From contig NIVC01000309.1 in NCBI GenBank assembly GCA_002269645.1, forward strand, positions 248,001 through 312,000: a stretch of DNA of 64,000 bases, in the 5' to 3' direction. Below are positions 13,601 through 23,616 of this stretch, piece after piece. A program made the translations under genes and the position numbers. The notes under the pieces were generated by a model, which saw only the letters and a list, made by a program, of their open reading frames with translations, was not told where the DNA came from and did no database searches. Position 1 is the stretch's first letter; every line of letters starts with the position of its first letter. Source of the stretch: Macrostomum lignano (taxonomy: Eukaryota).

Positions 13601-15968
13601 TCCTCCCAGATCCTCAGTTGCTGCGCCACCCTCCCTCCCAGATCCTCAGTTGCTGGGCCACCCTCCCAGATCCTCAGTTGCTGGGCCACCCTCCCTCCCA
13701 GATCCTCAGTTGCTGGGCCACCCTCCCTCCCAGATTCTCAGTTGCTGGGCCACCCTCCCAGATCCTCAGTTGCTGGGCCACCCTCCCTCCCAGATTCTCA
13801 GTTGCTGGGCCACCCTCCCTCCCAGATCCTCAGTTGCTGGGTCAGCCTCCTAGATCCTCAGTTGCTGGGCCACGGCCAGCCTCCCAGATTCTCAGTTGCT
13901 GGGCCACCCTCCCTCCCATATCCTCAGTTGCTATGCCACCGCCAGGCCAGCCTCCCAGATCCTCAGTTGCTGGGCCAGCCTCCCAGATCCTCAGTTGCTA
14001 TGCCACCGCCAGGCCAGCCACCCGGATCCCCTTCCTGTCACTGCATTAATCACTATCCATTTACAGGTGACTCCCCGCGACACCACAATGACGTTCACCT
14101 GTTTCGTACTATTCGACATGTTCAACGCTCTGTCCTGCCGTTCAAAATCCAAGAGCATCTTCACCATCGGTCTGTTCTCCAATCGGACCTTCTGCATAGC
14201 CGTGGGTCTGTCCCTCATCGGCCAGCTGCTGGTCATCTACGTGCCCCCGTTCCAGGCGATCTTTCAGACTGAGGCTCTCTACGCTACTGGTAAGTTTCTT
14301 ATGTCTAAATAGTTCTCTCTCTATCGTATTATTTTTCAATCAAATCTTTCTAAAAATGAACTTCATTTTTTCAATCTTATTTCTGCTAACTCTGGATTAG
14401 TTGCTGACGAAGTTTTCTTCTTATAAGTGAAAGTAAAGGCTATGGGGGGGGGCATGTCAATGATTTGTCTTCCCACCCCACCTTGTGACCCGTTGTGGAA
14501 ATCAATAATTTTGCTTCAGGGCGCCAAAATATAGCTAAATTGGAATCTCGGCTTGGCTCTGCTCGTGCAATTAACGCCCAGCTTGATGGCCAACCCCCAA
14601 AGGCGCAGTGAAGTGTACATGCCTAACGATAAACAAAGTTAGGGCCGCTGTACACTCCTGTGTGAGTGTGTGCCTGTGCGTATGACTGCGTACGTATCTG
14701 CGCGCTTCTGTGCCTGCTCAGGGGAGTCGGCGGAATGAGCAGCAATGCCTCTCGCCGGTTGTGTGACAATGTCGCTTAAAGTGCGCCAGGGTGCACACAG
14801 GCATCTGCCTCTAATTAAATAAAGTAGACCAGGTCCCAGGGCTTGCGTAATACTTTTTATTTCTTTCAATTATTTGACATTTCCAATAGAATCAGCGTGC
14901 AAATTTTGCTAACAGTGGACTCAACATTCATTTTTATCTATTATGTAATTACTCGTAACAGTTTAATTTAATATTACTTAAAGTCGCCTTGGCGCGTTGG
15001 TTTTTATTAGGCAATCTTCATTTTCACTACTCTCTATATTTATATCTTTATTTTATTCTGAAATATAAACCTAGGTTCAGAGAGAGCAGCGGCAACCCAC
15101 TACCTAAATTAAGATCGGGGGAGGGCAGGGGCAACCCATAAGCAAACTAAATGGATCGGGTAGGGGGGCAGCGGCAACCCACCAGCTAACTAAATGGATC
15201 GCGTAGGGGCAGCGGCAACCCACCAGCTAACTAAATGGATCGCGTAGTGGCAGCGGCAACCCACCAGCTAACTAAATGAATCTGGCAAGGGGCAGCGGCA
15301 ACCCACCAGCAAACTAAATGGATCGGGTAGGGGCAGCGGCAACCCACCAGCTAACTAAATGGATCGCGTAGGGGCAGCGGCAACCCACCAGCTAACTAAA
15401 TGGATCGGGCAAGGGGCAGCGGCAACCCACCAGCTAACTAAATGGATCGCGTAGTGGCAGCGGCAACCCACCAGCTAACTAAATGGATCTGGCAAGGGGC
15501 AGCGGCAACCCACCAGTAAACTAAATGGATCGGGTAGGGGCAGCGGCAACCCACCAGCTAACTAAATGGATCGCGTAGGGGCAGCGGCAACCCACCAGCT
15601 AACTAAATGGATCGGGCAAGGGGCAGCGGCAACCCACCAGCTAACTAAATGGATCGGGAAGGGCAGCGGCAACCCACCAGCTAACTAAATGGATCGGGAA
15701 GGGCAGCGGCAACCCACCAGCTAACTAGATGGACCGGGGAGAGTTCAGATAGGTTATTTATAAATCTAGAACTATGATAACTAAGCTCAAAGTGGTCACT
15801 CGCATTGCAGACCTGCTATTCCTGGTGTGCCTGTGCTCCACAGTGTTCTGGATCTCTGAGCTGGCCAAGCTGATGCACCGGCATCATTACAATTTCAGTC
15901 GGGCAGCCCTATCGCTAATTGGCTTTAATAATCGTCGGTCAACTAAATTTTCTGACAGTATTGTGTGA
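7326..15968 (+). CDS. ATP2C1: Secretory-pathway Ca2+/Mn2+ P-type ATPase (SPCA), ~960 aa, 9 exons
   Basis: Exons 7326-7442, 7951-8267, 8857-9168, 9692-10334, 10723-10842, 11796-12281, 12946-13452, 14067-14289, 15811-15968; all GT-AG, phases consistent, total 2883 nt. Motifs [27 protein letters not shown] (phospho-Asp), [28 protein letters not shown] and [26 protein letters not shown] are SPCA-typical. Exon 1 is the least certain. Confidence 0.95.
7553..7907. repeat. ~22-bp minisatellite (atgagaatcgccctctctaact)n in ATP2C1 intron 1
   Basis: Tandem copies with variable ct-tract. Confidence 0.9.
8275..8745. repeat. 21-bp minisatellite (gtgctcagatatccagctagt)n in ATP2C1 intron 2
   Basis: Tandem copies. 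Confidence 0.95.
9230..9600. repeat. 24-bp minisatellite (tgtatgatttatgacccagattac)n in ATP2C1 intron 3
   Basis: Tandem copies, degenerate at edges. Confidence 0.9.
10335..10677. repeat. (TGTC)n microsatellite in ATP2C1 intron 4
   Basis: Starts at the donor GT and runs ~340 bp. Confidence 0.95.
11145..11330 (+). mobile_element. tRNA-headed SINE-like element, copy 1
   Basis: B-box-like GGTTCGATTC at 11193-11202 with a weak A-box upstream, followed by body aaggcgcag..acatgcct..gccgctgtgcacccc-gtgtgagcgtgtg that is shared with 14600-14780 and partly with 33622-33736. Confidence 0.55.
11330..11635. repeat. ~40-bp minisatellite (ggggcagcggcaacccaccagctaactaaatggatcggga)n in ATP2C1 intron 5
   Basis: Tandem copies; same unit at 15085-15740. 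Confidence 0.93.
12290..12932. repeat. 21-bp minisatellite (ctctacccactctaccccgct)n filling ATP2C1 intron 6
   Basis: Occupies nearly the whole intron (12282-12945). Confidence 0.95.
13500..14030. repeat. 28-bp-based minisatellite (cctcccagatcctcagttgctgggccag)n in ATP2C1 intron 7
   Basis: Tandem copies; same family at 35110-36845. Confidence 0.95.
14600..14780 (+). mobile_element. SINE-like dispersed repeat body, copy 2
   Basis: Near-identical stretch gggccgctgtacactcctgtg..tatgactgcgtac..ggggagtcggcggaatg..atgcctctcgccggttgtgtgacaatgtcgctta also at 33622-33736; 5' part similar to 11224-11295. Confidence 0.7.
15085..15740. repeat. ~41-bp minisatellite (same family as 11330-11635) in ATP2C1 intron 8
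   Basis: Tandem copies ggggcagcggcaacccaccagctaactaaatggatc... Confidence 0.95.
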
Positions 15969-16499
15969 TCGAGAAACCTATCTATAGTACTAATAGAATT
16001 CATTAGTAGGCTATATTGAGTTTCTGTAACTTATTTCTATAATTTTAGCATAATACAATTAGAAAAAACTATTATTATCGAAGATTGAAGAGTTAAAATG
16101 TATCTTTCCAGATAATAAAGGACACGCGTGTACTTTATTTATTGATTTATTATTGTTGTCTATGCACACAGTTCTGTTGGCTGCTAATCTATAATTCTAT
16201 CATATCCTCTCGATCATGTTTTTATTGCGTTACTACTATGTTTATATAACTGCTGCCCTTACAAAACCTTTGATATTTTGCTTTAAGGAACTGAATAGAG
16301 AGAGCATTGACATTGTATGCTGACTGGCATCCAATTTGGCGTCTCTAGATTTATAGCTTTTCATTTGTGTGATGTGCCTGATTTTTCATGACAATTTTCA
16401 CAATCATTTTTCACTGCTTCTGCGGGAATGCAAATAATGAACATGCGTGCAGTGCTTCATTGATTGATTGGTTGATTGATATGTATCAACCACAGCCTC

Positions 16500-17830
16500 T
16501 TCTTTCGTCTCTTATCTCTCTCATCTCACTGTCTCCCTTATCTTCTCACTCACTCCCGTCTCCTCTCACTCTCTCATCTCATCTCACTCTCTCCCGTCTC
16601 CTCTCACTGTCTCCTGTCTCCTCACTCTCTCTTCTCATCTCACTCTCTCCCGTCTCCTCTCATTCTCATCTCATCTCATTCTCATTCTCATCTCATCTCA
16701 TTCTCATCTCATCTCACTCTCATCTCATCTCACTCACTCCCATCTCCTCTCACTCTCTCATCTCATCTCACCCACTCCCGTCTCCTCTCACTGTCTCCCG
16801 TCTCCTCACTCTCTCTTCTCATCTCACTCTCTCCCGTCTCCTCCCATTCTCATCTCATCTCACTCTCATCTCATCTCACTCACTCCCATCTCCTCTCACT
16901 CTCTCATCTCATCTCACTCTCTCCCGTCTCCTCTCACTGTCTCCTGTCTCCTCACTCTCTCTTCTCATCTCACTCTCTCCCGTCTCCTCTCATTCTCATC
17001 TCATCTCATTCTCATCTCATCTCATTCTCATCTCATCTCACTCTCATCTCATCTCACTCACTCCCATCTCCTCTCACTCTCTCATCTCATCTCACCCACT
17101 CCCGTCTCCTCTCACTGTCTCCTGTCTCCTCACTCTCTCTTCTCATCTCACTCTCTCCCGTCTCCTCTCATTCTCATCTCATCTCACTCTCATCTCATCT
17201 CACTCACTCCCATCTCCTCTCACTCTCTCATCTCATCTCACCCACTCCCGTCTCCTCTCACTGTCTCCCGTCTCCTCACTCTCTCTTCTCATCTCACTCT
17301 CTCCCGTCTCCTCCCATTCTCATCTCATCTCACTCTCATCTCATCTCACTCACTCCCATCTCCTCTCACTCTCTCATCTCATCTCACTCTCTCCCGTCTC
17401 CTCTCACTGTCTCCTGTCTCCTCACTTTCTCTTCTCATCTCACTCTCTCCCGTCTCCTCTCATTCTCATCTCATCTCACTCTCATCTCATCTCACTCACT
17501 CCCATCTCCTCTCACTCTCTCATCTCATCTCACTCACTCCCGTATCCTCTCACTCTCATCTCATCTCACTCACTCCCGTCTCCTCTCACTCTCTCATCTC
17601 ATCTCACTCACTCTTGTCTCCTCTCACTGTCTCCCGTCTCCTCTCACTCTCTCATCTCATCTCACTCTCTCCCGTCTCCTCTCACTGTCTCCCGTCTCCT
17701 GTCACTCTCTCATCTCATCTCACTCTCTCCCGTCTCCTCTCACTCTCATCTCATCTCACTGTCTCCCGTCTTCTCTCACTCTCTCTCCCGTCTCCCTCCC
17801 ATCTCACTTTCATCTCTTCTCACCATTCTT
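16500..17830. repeat. CT-rich composite satellite (ctcatct/ctcact/cccgtctc subunits with long-period duplication)
   Basis: Low-complexity pyrimidine tract with internally duplicated blocks; source of Ser/Leu/His ORFs. Confidence 0.9.
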
Positions 17831-18275
17831 CCATCCCCTAATTCTCTCCCGTCCTAAGCTATTATTTTCCCATCTCTTCCCTTCCCATATTGCTTTGCAG
17901 GCCAGCAGTTATGATTTATATTTCCACAGCGTGTCAACTACAGCGCCGCGACCTGCAATGCTGCTTCGTATATTTATAAATAAATATTAATTTTGTGCAA
18001 CAGCCTTAGTTTTTTTGTTTCGATGCTCACCCTGTTTCTGGTTTCAATTTCAAATAAATTTCACTTAAATTTATACGGAAGAGAGGGGCATTTTTATGTA
18101 TGCTTTACTATTTTTTTAACTGTAAATGCCTATCAGACTACTTTTTAGTTGGCTCTATCCTGAGTAGATTGAGCCTTAAGTTCTGTTATTAATAAACTGT
18201 TCTTTTATTTGTTTATTAAAATAGTTTTAGCTGTACTGACGAGCTTACGCTTGATTGCAATATTTATGAGCCTTC

Positions 18276-19146
18276 ATGTGTATCCTGAATGCGGCTGTAT
18301 TGGGTGCATGTACCTGGATTCTGGGTATCCTGACTGCGGCTGTATTGGGTGCATGTACCTGGATTCTGGGTATCCTGACTGCGGCTGTATTGGGTGCATG
18401 TACCTGGATTCTGGGTATCCTGAATGCGGCTGTATTGGGTGCATGTACCTGGATTCTGGGTATCCTGACTGCGGCTGTATTGGGTGCATGTACCTGGATT
18501 CTGGGTATCCTGACTGCGGCTGTATTGGGTGCATGTACCTGGATTCTGGGTATCCTGACTGCGGCTGTATTGGGTGCATGTACCTGGATTCTGGGTATCC
18601 TGACTGCGGCTGTATTGGGTGCATGTACCTGGATTCTGGGTATCCTGGATGCGGCTGTATTGGGTGCATGTACCTGGATTCTGGGTATCCTGAATGCGGC
18701 TGTATTGGGTGCATGTACCTGGATTCTGGGTATCCTGACTGCGGCTGTATTGGGTGCATGTACCTGGATTCTGGGTATCCTGGATGCGGCTGTATTGGGT
18801 GCATGTACCTGGATTCTGGGTATCCTGACTGCGGCTGTATTGGGTGCATGTACCTGGATTCTGGGTATCCTGACTGCGGCTGTATTGGGTGCATGTACCT
18901 GGATTCTGGGTATCCTGACTGCGGCTGTATTGGGTGCATGTACCTGGATTCTGGGTATCCTGACTGCGGCTGTATTGGGTGCATGTACCTGGATTCTGGG
19001 TATCCTGGATGCGGCTGTATTGGGTGCATGTACCTGGATTCTGGGTATCCTGGATGCGGCTGTATTGGGTGCATGTACCTGGATTCTGGGTATCCTGACT
19101 GCGGCTGTATTGGGTGCATGTACCTGGATTCTGGTTATCCTGACTG
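18276..19146. repeat. 45-bp minisatellite (tgtattgggtgcatgtacctggattctgggtatcctgactgcggc)n, ~19 units
   Basis: Near-perfect tandem copies; unit is a multiple of 3, hence long open frames on both strands. Confidence 0.97.
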
Positions 19147-19769
19147 CGTGAATGATACAGACACAGGTGACACAGTTACCACTAGGTGTTCCTCATCAGG
19201 CTTCGATTGTCTAATAAAGAGATAAGTTTTTTAGTTTCTGGTGATTTTATCCCGACCCCTTCTTGTGTTTCAATTTTCAATTTCAAATATTAAATAAAGC
19301 TATCGTATATTGTAATAGTAATGAGTCACAAACAGAAGCCAATTATATTGTAATGTAAATTCAAATCTGCAACAATTGGCCAACTATTTTGCCAAAGAGG
19401 CTGTGTTCTCTTCTGTTTTGCCTGTGCGACTTCTTTTGCAAGCAAAGCAAACCAAATTCGTAAACAATCAGCATTATTATCCTGCTGTTGCTTTGCTTGG
19501 CTTTGCTTTGCATTATTTTCTTTTCTGTTTTGCTAATCTTTATAACTATTAAATCTTGGTTCTGTTGCAACGGAACATGAAACATTTTTGTTAAACTGTA
19601 CCTGTACTGCAAACACTGTGAACCGGAATACACGCGTAGCTTATCCACCTGACTACTGGACTGAGCGATGGGGTCGGCGTCTTCCTTTTTTGCTTTATTT
19701 TTATCGTTTTAAAGCAAACAGCTTGGGTCTTGTTTGCGATTGATTTTTGCCACTGACTGGAATTGAAAA

Positions 19770-20275
19770 TCAGTTAGCTAGTCAGTTAGCTAGACAGTTA
19801 GCTAGTCAGTTAGCCAGACAGTTAGCTAGTCAGTTTAAATAGACAGTTAGCTAGTCAGTTAGCTAGACAGTTAGCTAGTCAGTTAGCTAGACAGTTAGCT
19901 AGTCAGTTAGCTAGTCAGTTAGCTAGACAGTTAGCTAGTCAGTTAGCCAGACAGTTAGCTAGTCAGTTGGCTAGACAGTTAGCTAGTTATTTAGCTAGAC
20001 AGTTAGCTAATCAGTTAGCTAGTCAGTTAGCTAGTCAGTTAGCTAGTCAGTTAGCCAGACAGTTAGCTAGTCAGTTAGCCAGACAGTTAGCTAGACAGTT
20101 AGCTAGTTATTTAGCTAGACAGTTAGCTAGTCAGTTAGCTAGACAGTTAGCTAGTTATTTAGCTAGACAGTTAGCTAGACAGTTAGCTAGTTATTTAGCT
20201 AGACAGTTAGCTAGACAGTTAGCTAGTCAGTTAGCTAGACAGTTAGCTAGTCAGTTAGCTAGTCAGTTAGCTAGT
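19770..20275. repeat. 12-bp minisatellite (agttagctagtc/agttagctagac)n
   Basis: Tandem copies ending ~40 bp before the PARL-like ATG. Confidence 0.95.
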
Positions 20276-20315
20276 ACTTATAGTACACCAGACGAACTTG
20301 CACACTTTCTGCGGC

Positions 20316-21840
20316 ATGCAGACTCCATACGGTAGTCGAATTTGCCATTGCTGCCGCGCCTGCAGCCGCCGACTGCTCACTGTCCTGCTCAGCCCACCCC
20401 GGCCGCCCTCCCTGCAACCTGGTCGGCGATATTTTAACGTGAATAAATCGGCCGTCTCCGATGCCCGCCAGCCGCTGACGAATGCCCAAGATTTTGCCCG
20501 CGCCTTTTTGGCGCCCTACCGTCTGACGGAGAGCGCCAGACGGTTGGCCTGGCGCGGCCGGGCATTCTGGGCGCTGGTGGCTTCCGGCACTGCGTATGGG
20601 ATCTGCCGGCTGTGGGAGACTCACCAGGCTAAGAAGTCTGATCCCAACAGCCTGTACCTGCCGTTCATGGGGGTACAGGTGAGCTGACTTAGGGAGGGTA
20701 TTGCAGCAGCTGACTGACAGAATCAAGGAGGGTATTGCAGCAGCTCACTGACAGAATCAGGGAGGGTATTGCATCAGCTCACTGACAGAATCAGGGAGGG
20801 TATTGCAGCAGCTCACTGACAGAATCAGGGAGGGTATTGCATCAGCTCACTGACAGAATCAGGGAGGGTATTGCAGCAGCTCACTGACAGAATCAGGGAG
20901 GGTATTGCATCAGCTCACTGACAGAATCAGGGAGGGTATTGCAGCAGCTCACTGAGAGAGTGAATAAATTAAGATATCCTTAGCTTGGCTACTGTCAGTA
21001 GGCTGTTGCAGTCGCATTAACAATCTCTATCAAATTCCAACGCAGCCCGGGCTGTCCCGCTGGTCCCTGCTTGGCCCGTACGCAGTCGTCCTGATGCTGA
21101 GCAGCTGTGTGTTTGCCGCTTGGCGAATCTTCGGCCTGGCCTCGCTGCAGCCCGCCGCCGCCGCCGCTGCGGCCGGGTCTCGGATTTCTCTGCTAGGCGC
21201 TGAGAAGTTCCTTCGCCTATTCGCTGACAAGCCGGGCCTCGGTCCCACTGTCAGGGCCTTCTCTCGGCCGCTGCTCAGCCCGCTGGGATCGGCTCTGAGT
21301 CATCGGACAGTCGGGCACTTCCTAGCCAACCAGCTGGTACTTTTTGGCGCCCTAACCAGCTGCATTGGCAAAATGTCGCCGGGCGAATTCGTTGCCTTCT
21401 CCGTAGCGGCGGCCTACGCTACCAGTTTGGCCAGTGTGCTGGCCATGACGCTGGCCAATCGGTTTGTGTTTAGCCTGGGCGCTAGCGGTGTGCTGTCGGC
21501 TCTGGTGGCCTACAATGCGCTGACTTTTGACCACAATGTCCATCTCGGTCAGCAACAGGAGAGCGGCAGTAGCTCCCCATCGAGTCTGGCTCTGCTCGGT
21601 GTCATTCCGCTGCCCTGGCTGACACCGGCTGTTGGCCTGTCCGTCTGGGCCGGAGTCGAGGCCGTCAGCTGGATGGTTACCGTCTGGCGGGGTCGCCTGC
21701 CGCGGTTGAACCATCCAGCGCACCTGGCTGGCATCGGCTTCGGCTGTCTGTACGCTGTGTGGGGCCACCAGGCTCTGTGGTCGGCGCACCCTGTGCCGCG
21801 GCTGCGGCTGCCTGAGGCGACCGCTCTGTCTGATAACTGA
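20316..21840 (+). CDS. PARL: PARL-like mitochondrial rhomboid intramembrane serine protease (~385 aa, 2 exons), catalytically intact
   Basis: Exons 20316-20678 and 21046-21840 (GT-AG, phase 0). SHRTVGHFLANQLVL matches PARL SHFSLFHMAANMYVL; catalytic SLGASG and NHPAHLAG motifs present; Arg-rich N-terminus resembles a mitochondrial presequence. Orthology versus paralogy to PARL not tested. Confidence 0.82.
20688..20955. repeat. 34-bp minisatellite (cagaatcagggagggtattgcagcagctcactga)n in the PARL-like intron
   Basis: Tandem copies starting ~10 bp after the donor. Confidence 0.95.
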
Positions 21841-21899
21841 TTGGCTGCTGTGTCAGTATTGTGCCATGTGGATGTCATTTTTGTGTCCGTATTGTGGCA

Positions 21900-22420
21900 C
21901 TTTGTCCTCACCATCTGCCCTGTGTCCTCTCCCTGTGTCCTTACCATCTGCCCTGTGTCCTCTCCCTGTGTCCTCACCATCTGCCCTGTGTCCTCACCCT
22001 GTGTCCTTACCATCTGCTCTGTGTCCTCACCCTGTGTCCTTACCATCTGCTCTGTGTCCTCACCCTGTGTCCTCACCATCTGCTCTGTGTCCTCACCATC
22101 TGCCCTGTGTCCTCTCATCATCTCCCCTGTGTCCTCACCATCTGCCCTGTGTCCTTACCATCTGCTCTGTGTCCTCACCCTGTGTCCTCACCATCTGCTC
22201 TGTGTCCTCACCATCTGCCCTGTGTCCTCTCATCATCTCCCCTGTGTCCTCACCATCTGCCCTGTGTCCTCACCATCTGCCCTGTGTCCTCACCATCTGC
22301 CCTGTGTCCTCACCATCTGCCCTGTGTCCTCACCATCTGCCCTGTGTCCTCACCATCTGCCCTGTGTCCTCACCCTCTGCCCTGTGTCCTCACCATCTGC
22401 CCTGTGTCCTCACCCTATTT
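21900..22420. repeat. 20-bp minisatellite (tgtgtcctcaccatctgccc)n
   Basis: Tandem copies just after the PARL-like stop codon. Confidence 0.95.
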
Positions 22421-22804
22421 CTCATCACCCCGTCAGTTGGCTGTTCTCGCCCTCCCTGTGTGTCCGCACAAATCTGAACTTTTCCATCCGGTTCAACTGC
22501 AGCAATTAGTGTTCACGTAGAACTTTGCAAATGGCAAACTGTGCTCTGAAAGTTTTGCTTGCATATCTTTAACAATAAATTGTGTCATGCTATTGGCATT
22601 CATATAGCCAATGTATCGCTGCTACATGCCTACTCAAGTATGATGTGTGCCTGCCATGAAAGTTTCTATTTTGGGTTCAAATTTCCCATGTCTATTAGAG
22701 TATTCTAGTATATATTTCAAATATAATTTGCATGTTTAACAAATTCGGATTTGTTAGCTTTCGAATTTGGACTCAGTGTAATTTATTGTTTAATAATTAC
22801 TGTC

Positions 22805-23520
22805 CCTCTCTCCCCACCCTCTCCCTGTGTTCCCACCTTCCCACCTCCATGTGTCCCCACCCTCTCCCTGTGTTCCCACCTTCCCACCTCCATGTGTCCC
22901 CACCCTCTCCCTGTGTTCCCACCTTCCCACCTCCATGTGTCCCCACCCTCTCCCTGTGTTCCCACCTTCCCACCTCCATGTGTCCCCACCCTCTCCCTGT
23001 GTTCCCACCTTCCCACCTCCATGTGTCCCCACCCTCTCCCTGTGTTCCCACCTTCCCACCTCCATGTGTCCCCACCCTCTCCCTGTGTTCCCACCTTCCC
23101 ACCTTCATGTGTCCTCACCCTCTCCCTGTGTTCCCACCTTCCCACCTTCATGTGTCCTCACACTCTCCCTGTGTTCCCACCTTCCCACCATGTGTCCCCA
23201 CCCTCTCCCTGTGTTCCCACCCTCTCCCACTGTGTCCCCACCCCCTCCCTATGTCCTCACCCTCTCCCTGTGTTCCAAACTTCCCACCATGTGTCCCCAC
23301 CCTCTCCCTGTGTTCCCACCCTCTCCCACTGTGTCCCCACCCCCTCCCTATGTCCTCACCCTCTCCCACTGTGTCCCCACCCCCTCCCTATGTCCTCACC
23401 CTCTCCCTGTGCTCCCACCTTCCCACCTCCATGTGTCCCCACCCTCTCCCTGTGTTCCCACCTTCCCACCTTCTCCATGTGTCCCCACCCTCTCCCTGTG
23501 TCCCCACCCTCTCCCCTGGT
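22805..23520. repeat. 43-bp minisatellite (ccaccctctccctgtgttcccaccttcccacctccatgtgtcc)n
   Basis: Tandem copies upstream of the second rhomboid-like gene. Confidence 0.95.
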
Positions 23521-23616
23521 GGGAGCAGCCACCCAGATCCCGTGGCAAAGAGTTGGCATGGCAACATTTCAGGCACAAGAAATTCTCGCACCTGTCCAAC
23601 ATCAGCAGCTGCTGCT

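Noticed and set aside
12265-14049. 594-aa ORF as a single gene
   Set aside because: It is ATP2C1 exon 7 (12946-13452) read through flanking intronic repeats.
16388-17990. Long Ser/Leu/His ORFs (likewise 40208-41261, 42078-43142, 44640-45678, 46181-46816, 62551-63938)
   Set aside because: Low-complexity arrays whose composition lacks stop codons in those frames.
18209-19225. Cys-rich ORF ([15 protein letters not shown])n resembling a metal-binding or ferredoxin-like repeat
   Set aside because: No ATG start, frames open on both strands, and near-identical DNA units without synonymous variation; explained by a 45-bp minisatellite.
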